Of a stretch of DNA of 64,000 bases, positions 58,861 through 64,000 are shown piece by piece (the first letter of the stretch is position 1; each line of letters starts with the position of its first letter). Below the pieces are notes generated by a model that ran no database searches, had not been told where the DNA came from, and saw nothing but the letters and a program-made list of their open reading frames with translations. Position numbers and translations under genes: made by a program. Source of the DNA: Chloropicon primus (Eukaryota); NCBI GenBank assembly GCA_023205875.1, contig CP060756.1, forward strand, positions 620,001 to 684,000, given 5' to 3'.

Positions 58861-60096
58861 TTGTGTCCCATGGAAAGGATGGGAGGGGGCAGGGAGAGGG
58901 AGGCCGTCGCGGCGAGGGCGGAATTGAACATGCTGCTCGTGCTTTCCGCGACCAGGGAGGAGGGTAAGGGGAGGACCAGATCCAGGCAGGTGGTGCGACG
59001 GGTGTGGAGGAAGATGGAGGGGTGCAAGTCTCGCGGTCTCGGTCTGAGGAGGAGGCCCGCCTTGGAGGGCCAGGGCGTGTTGGGAGGCCTCTTCGGCCAA
59101 GCGCAGGGGTCCAAGGGGTCCCTTGCCTTTGCTGCATTCTCGCCAGAGGAGCCGGTCCTGGGCCTTGCCACGACACTCCGAGGGGGTGGGGCCAAGAAGG
59201 AGAAGAAGAAGCTGACCGCGGTGGAGGCCGAGGCCCTCCAGTTCAGGAAGAAGGTCCACACGGTGATCAGCAACCTCCTTGCTGGAGCGATCGCAGGCGC
59301 CTCCGTGGAGTCCGCCCTGTACCCGATCGACACCATAAAGACGAGGCTCCAAGCGATGAAGGGGTCGGTGGGGCTGAAGGACAAGGTGGGGGCCCTCCGA
59401 GGAAGCACGAGCTTGTACTCTGGCCTCCTGGGCAACCTGGTCGGCGTCATCCCGGCCTCGGCCCTCTTCTTCAGCGTCTACGAGCCGGTGAAGAACAAGC
59501 TCATGGAGCCCTCGGCAGGCATTCCCCAGTGGTGCGCCCAGTTCACCGCCGCGGCCACGGCCGCTGTGAGCGCATCCTTCATCCGCGTCCCGACCGAGGT
59601 CATCAAATCCAGGATGCAAGTCGGGCAGTTCAAGTCGGCCATCACGGCGATGAAGACGATCGTCAGGCAGGAGGGATTCACGGGCGTTTACGCCGGCTAC
59701 AAGAGCTTCCTCCTGAGGGACATCACTTTTGACGTCATCGAGTTCGTCTCCTACGAGCAGATCAGGAACTTTTACTTGCAGTCCAAGGGCCCGGATGCCA
59801 AGCTCAATGCTTTGGAGGGCAGCGGCATCGGGGCAGTGGCGGGGGCGCTCACCGCCACCTTCACCACGCCATTCGACGTGATCAAGACTAGGATGATGCT
59901 TCAGGGGACCAACAAGGTGTACGCGGGCGTCTTCGATTGCACCAGGAAGATGATCGCCGAGGAGGGCATGGGAGCCCTCTTCAAGGGTGTTGGGCCCAGG
60001 GTCACGTGGATCTCCATCGGAGGGGCAGTCTTCTTCGGTGCCCTGGAGAAGGCAAAGTCCCTCCTGGAGGGCCTCGGCCCCAAGGAAGAGGAGTAG
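58861..60096 (+). CDS. SAMC1: Mitochondrial carrier family S-adenosylmethionine transporter (SAMC/SLC25A26-like); start uncertain
   Basis: Three carrier repeats YPIDTIKTRLQ, VPTEVIKSRMQ, TPFDVIKTRMM; LLRDITFDVIEF..YEQ. Confidence 0.88.
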   Translation: MCPMERMGGGREREAVAARAELNMLLVLSATREEGKGRTRSRQVVRRVWRKMEGCKSRGLGLRRRPALEGQGVLGGLFGQAQGSKGSLAFAAFSPEEPVLGLATTLRGGGAKKEKKKLTAVEAEALQFRKKVHTVISNLLAGAIAGASVESALYPIDTIKTRLQAMKGSVGLKDKVGALRGSTSLYSGLLGNLVGVIPASALFFSVYEPVKNKLMEPSAGIPQWCAQFTAAATAAVSASFIRVPTEVIKSRMQVGQFKSAITAMKTIVRQEGFTGVYAGYKSFLLRDITFDVIEFVSYEQIRNFYLQSKGPDAKLNALEGSGIGAVAGALTATFTTPFDVIKTRMMLQGTNKVYAGVFDCTRKMIAEEGMGALFKGVGPRVTWISIGGAVFFGALEKAKSLLEGLGPKEEE

Positions 60097-60345
60097 CCCC
60101 CCTTCTCCATCCCACCCTGTTGCATGTAAACACAAACTATCTGTAAATAAATGCGTTCCAAAACCCAAACGAACATCGCAGAAGAAGCGCCTCAAGCTAC
60201 CGAGTTGTGCATCAAACAAACCGATGCATTGCCCCATTCTACACCCAACACGCAACAATCCCGCACCTCAAGCTCCCTCCTTCAGCTCCTCCTCTCCTCA
60301 GCCCGAGCTCCGCTCCAAGTATTCCCGACGACAGTTAGAGAGGAG

Positions 60346-62028
60346 ATGGCCTCGGCTATCCTCCGGGTGGCCCTGGCCAACAAGGGCCGGGCGGCCCTGT
60401 CGTTGCTTGGCAAGACGTACTCGTACGGGAACCTTCTGGCGAGCGCGCAGCGACAGGCCCAGCGCATCGGAGCACGAGAACGAGGGAAGGACGCGTGCGT
60501 CGTCGTGTTAGCGGAAAGCGGGCCCGAGTACCTGATTGCGACCTGGGCCACGTGGTTGTCGGGCATGGTGGCCGTTCCGCTCTCTCCCTCTCACCCGAGC
60601 AAGGAGCTGGAGTATTTCGTCAAGGTATGACCTCGCCCGCTTGGCCGCTCCCTCTCTTCCTCGTGGCTGACCCCTCCTTTGCTCTCTCTCTCTCTCTCTC
60701 TCTGGACAGGACTGTGGGGCGAAGGCGATCCTTCACTGTCCCAGCCTGGAGGAGAAGGCCCGAGGGCTTTCCTCGGCGACGGGTGTGGGCACAGATCTGG
60801 TGGAGTGCGCAGATGTTGGAGACGTGGAGGTCGCTGCCGAGGCCTTGGACCTGCCGGGCGAGGAAGACGGGGCTCTCCTCGTGTACACGAGCGGAACCAC
60901 TGGGAAGCCCAAGGGGGCTCTCCACACCCACGGCAGCCTGGAGTACCAGATGCGATCCATGTCTGAGGCGTGGGAGTGGCAGCGTTCGGACAAGATACTC
61001 CACTGCTTGCCGCTCCACCACATCCACGGCATGGTGAACGCATTGCACTGCGCCCACTTTAACGCCGCTCACGTCGAGTTCCTGGGATCCTCTTTCAGCC
61101 CCCGGAGGGTGTGGGACGCCCTGGCCGAGGACGAGAGCATCAGCGTCTTCATGGGAGTGCCGACGATGTATGCTTACCTGCTGAGTCACCTGGATCGCCT
61201 CAAGGGGTCCGAGGGAGGCGGGGGGGCGAGCGACTTGCTCTACCTCAAGTACGTGGAAGCCGCAAAGCGGCTGAGGCTCGCCGTGAGCGGGTCCAGTGCC
61301 TGCCCCGTGCCTGTGATGCAGAAGTGGGCGGGCATCTCTGGGGAGGTGCTTCTGGAGCGGTACGGAATGTCGGAGACGGGAATGATCCTCTCGAACCCCC
61401 TCGAAAGCGGCAGGCGGATTGTGGGGACCGTGGGAAGGCCTCTACCTTATGTGGATGTCGAGGTCACGGAGGAGGGGGAACTCCTCGTGCGATCGAAGTG
61501 AGTAGCAAGCCAATTGGATTGCCGCTAGCAGGCCTTTAGTCTAACCCCCTCGCATTCTCTTCCACCAGGTGCATGATGAAGGGGTACTACAACAAGCCAA
61601 AGGAGACGGAGGCCGCATTCGTGCAAGTCGGTGGGGAGGACTACTTCAAGACCGGGGACAGCGTCGCGTTTGACGAGGCCTCCGGGGTGTACACAATCAA
61701 GGGAAGGATCAGTGCTGACATCATAAAGCACAAGGGCTACAAGGTGAGTGCCCTGGACATTGAGAACGTCTTGCTCTCTCACAGCTGCGTAAAAGAGTGC
61801 GCCGTCGTCGGCGTAGGCCACGAGCTCTTTGGAGAGGCCATCGTCGCCGTGGTTGTGAAGAACGAAGAGGTCGGCGGCCTCGAAAGCCTGGGGGACCTCC
61901 AAGCCCTATGCAAGGACCACCTGGCGGATTACCAGACGCCCCAAAGGGTGGAATTCCGGGACGAGATCCCAAGGAACGCGATGGGAAAGGTGAACAAGAG
62001 GGAGCTGGCAAAGTCCATAAGTTCTTAG
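60346..62028 (+). CDS. AAE13: Malonyl-CoA synthetase (ACSF3/AAE13-like acyl-activating enzyme); 3 exons
   Basis: VYTSGTTGKPKG, LHCLPLHHIHG, FMGVPTMY, LLERYGMSETGM, FKTGD, GRISADIIK.KGYKVSAL.IE, PRNAMGKVNK; introns near 60625-60709 and 61498-61568. Confidence 0.88.
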
Positions 62029-62068
62029 GCAAAGGGTTTCCATAATTTACGCCTCACTCTCCCTTGGT

Positions 62069-62740
62069 TCACGACGCCGACGGATCCTTCGTGACTCTCA
62101 GGTACCCCTTGTTGCTCGGCACGGAGAGCTTCGTGAAGCCGTGCTCGAACTTCGCGGAGGCGTCCTCGTCGCTGAGCGTCGGGACCACCATGCAGTCCTT
62201 CCCGCTGCACCAGTCGGCAGGGGTGGCCACGCTGTGCTTTGCCGTGAGTTGCAAGGAGTCGATGGCCCTCAGAACCTCCTGGAAATTCCTCCCCGTGGTC
62301 GCAGGGTAAAGAATCGACAAGGCAAGCGTCTTGTCCGGCTTTATCACAAAGACTGCTCTGCAGGTCATGGGCATCCCTTCCTTGTCTTTCTCCTCCGGAT
62401 CCAGCATCCCGTACACCGTGGCCACCTCCCTCTTCGGGTCGCTCACAATCGGGTAGCAGACCTTGGCCTCCCCACAGAACTCTGGCAGTGCCTCAATGTC
62501 CTTGATCCAAGTCTTGTGGGACTCGGTCGTGTTGCAGGACAGGGCAGCCACCTTCACCCCCCTCTTGTCGAATTCCCCCAGCAGCCTCGCCACAGATCCC
62601 AGTTCTGTCGTGCACACGGGCGTGAAATCGTTTGGATGGCTGAAGAGCACCGCCCACCTGCCTTCTATGTACTCGTGCCACCTCAGGGGCCCCGCCGTGG
62701 AGTCTGCCCTGAAGTCTGGCACCCTCGTCCCCAACCGCAT
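62069..62740 (-). CDS. PRDX6: 1-Cys peroxiredoxin (Prx6 type); may have an upstream exon
   Basis: LFSHPNDFTPVCTTELG, YPATTGRNF.E.LRAIDSLQL, VATPADW. Confidence 0.93.
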   Translation of the reverse strand: MRLGTRVPDFRADSTAGPLRWHEYIEGRWAVLFSHPNDFTPVCTTELGSVARLLGEFDKRGVKVAALSCNTTESHKTWIKDIEALPEFCGEAKVCYPIVSDPKREVATVYGMLDPEEKDKEGMPMTCRAVFVIKPDKTLALSILYPATTGRNFQEVLRAIDSLQLTAKHSVATPADWCSGKDCMVVPTLSDEDASAKFEHGFTKLSVPSNKGYLRVTKDPSAS

Positions 62741-63368
62741 CTGTTCACAAAACGTCTCCACAACACAAATACGATTCGACCGAACCGAACCCTTCGACCT
62801 CCTCGACCCCACCAATCCGCCTCCCGCTCCTCCCTTCGCCACCGCTCCTCCTCCTCCTTCCACGCCGACCAGCGCGCGCTGCTACTCTGCTGCTTTGTGT
62901 CCCTGACACAAGGAACACGAAGGGAGGTCGCTCGCTCTGTCTGTTGCGGAGAGAGAGAGAGGGCGCGGGGGTGGCGTCGAGGGGGACGACGCAACGCGGA
63001 AGCGAAACTGCGTCTCACGAGCTCTCGCTTGATCCTTCACTTCACGGCTTTCGGCCTCGTGCAAGCCGAGGAGAGAGAGAGAGAGAGGAAAGGCGTCATC
63101 TTCAACTTCAACTTCATCGTCAACACCAAACGCAGCTGCAGCGAGGAGGGGAGGCGCCGGAGGGGAGGTTGTCGTGTGTTTGCAGAGGCGTTGGTGGTGG
63201 TCTCAAGGAGAGGGGAGGTTTAGGCTCCGCGGCGAGAGAGGCGAGGGGCCTCGCATACGGATAACTGTCGCTCTGGCTGCTGTGGGTGGGAAAGATTTGT
63301 AAGGAGGAAGCAGGAAGGAGCGCACTGCCTAGACGACTGGCCTATCTATATTGTATAGTATTGTCGGA

Positions 63369-63672
63369 ATGGCCTTTGTCAGGGGAGCCCTTGGAGCTTT
63401 CGTGGGCCAGGCCTTTGCCGGTAGCAGAAGCCTGCAGGCCCTCACGATAGGCGTCGCCGTGGGCATCTACTTGGACCAAAACTACACCGTGCCGAACGTG
63501 AAGGAGGAGACGAAACGGTAAGGAAGCACGTTTGACTCGACAGCCTTCTGGCTTCCTTACGGCGCTTGGGACTGACCTCGTTTTCTTGGGTTCTTCCATT
63601 GGCCTTCTTCTTCGCTGCAGGTTGTGGGGCGTTTTGAAGGAGAAGGAAAAGGAGCACAGAAAGAGAAAGTGA
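63369..63672 (+). CDS. Short transmembrane mitochondrial protein (STMP1-like, 66 aa); 2 exons (63369-63517, 63621-63672); not in the ORF track
   Basis: Spliced translation MAFVRGALG...GVAVGIYLDQNYTVPNVKEETKR|LWGVLKEKEKEHRKRK*; the GIY.xQNY.VP motif is typical of the family. Confidence 0.7.
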
Positions 63673-64000
63673 GGTGCCTCATGTACTCCGAGGGGAGGGG
63701 GGGGGGCTGGGTCAACCACTTCACCACCCGGTGGGAAGCGAAGCCGAGGTGGTTGTCCGCTCTCTCTCTCTCTCTCTTATTTACCAACCAATGTAAAACA
63801 AAAAAATGTAAACGCTTGTTAGTTTTAGTATTCACCCTTCCCCCCTCGCTGACTATCCGCCTCGAAAAGGAGCAGCGAGGCGGTCACTCGGCCATCGGCT
63901 CCGCACCAGCCCCCGCAGGAGTGTTGGCGAGCACGGGCTTCCCGGCTTCGATCCCCCCGTGTGCCGCTTCCCCCTCCTTCGCTCTGTCCTCGCCAGCGGC

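Overview
Gene-dense eukaryotic nuclear DNA. It is GC-rich, with short GT-AG introns, (GA)n/(CT)n microsatellites in UTRs and introns, and several plastid-targeted genes. This fits a compact green picoalga (Chloropicon/prasinophyte-like; inference). About 30 protein-coding genes are present, mostly housekeeping: trehalase, MnmG/GidA, SNF5, RAD23, MsrA, ubiquilin, SmD1, SnRK1, GlnRS, stromal processing peptidase, PIG-V, TBC RabGAP, NDUFB8, SufD, SAM carrier, malonyl-CoA synthetase and 1-Cys Prx. The standouts are: (1) an intact Fanzor2/TnpB-like RNA-guided nuclease gene (52144-54312) with a duplicated NLS-like N-terminus. It is followed directly by a highly structured putative omega-RNA, whose predicted guide position begins at a textbook spliceosomal 5' splice site. 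(2) A circularly permuted tRNA-Ser(UGA) gene (35664-35756, minus strand), with the 3' half upstream of the 5' half. (3) A 4 x 193-bp near-perfect tandem array of a potentially structured unit. (4) An intronless 3731-aa surface protein with IPT/TIG repeats and bacterial-like repeat modules. (5) A SecA gene lacking its N-terminal half and split across two frames. All product calls come from motif recognition by eye; no database search or folding program was run.
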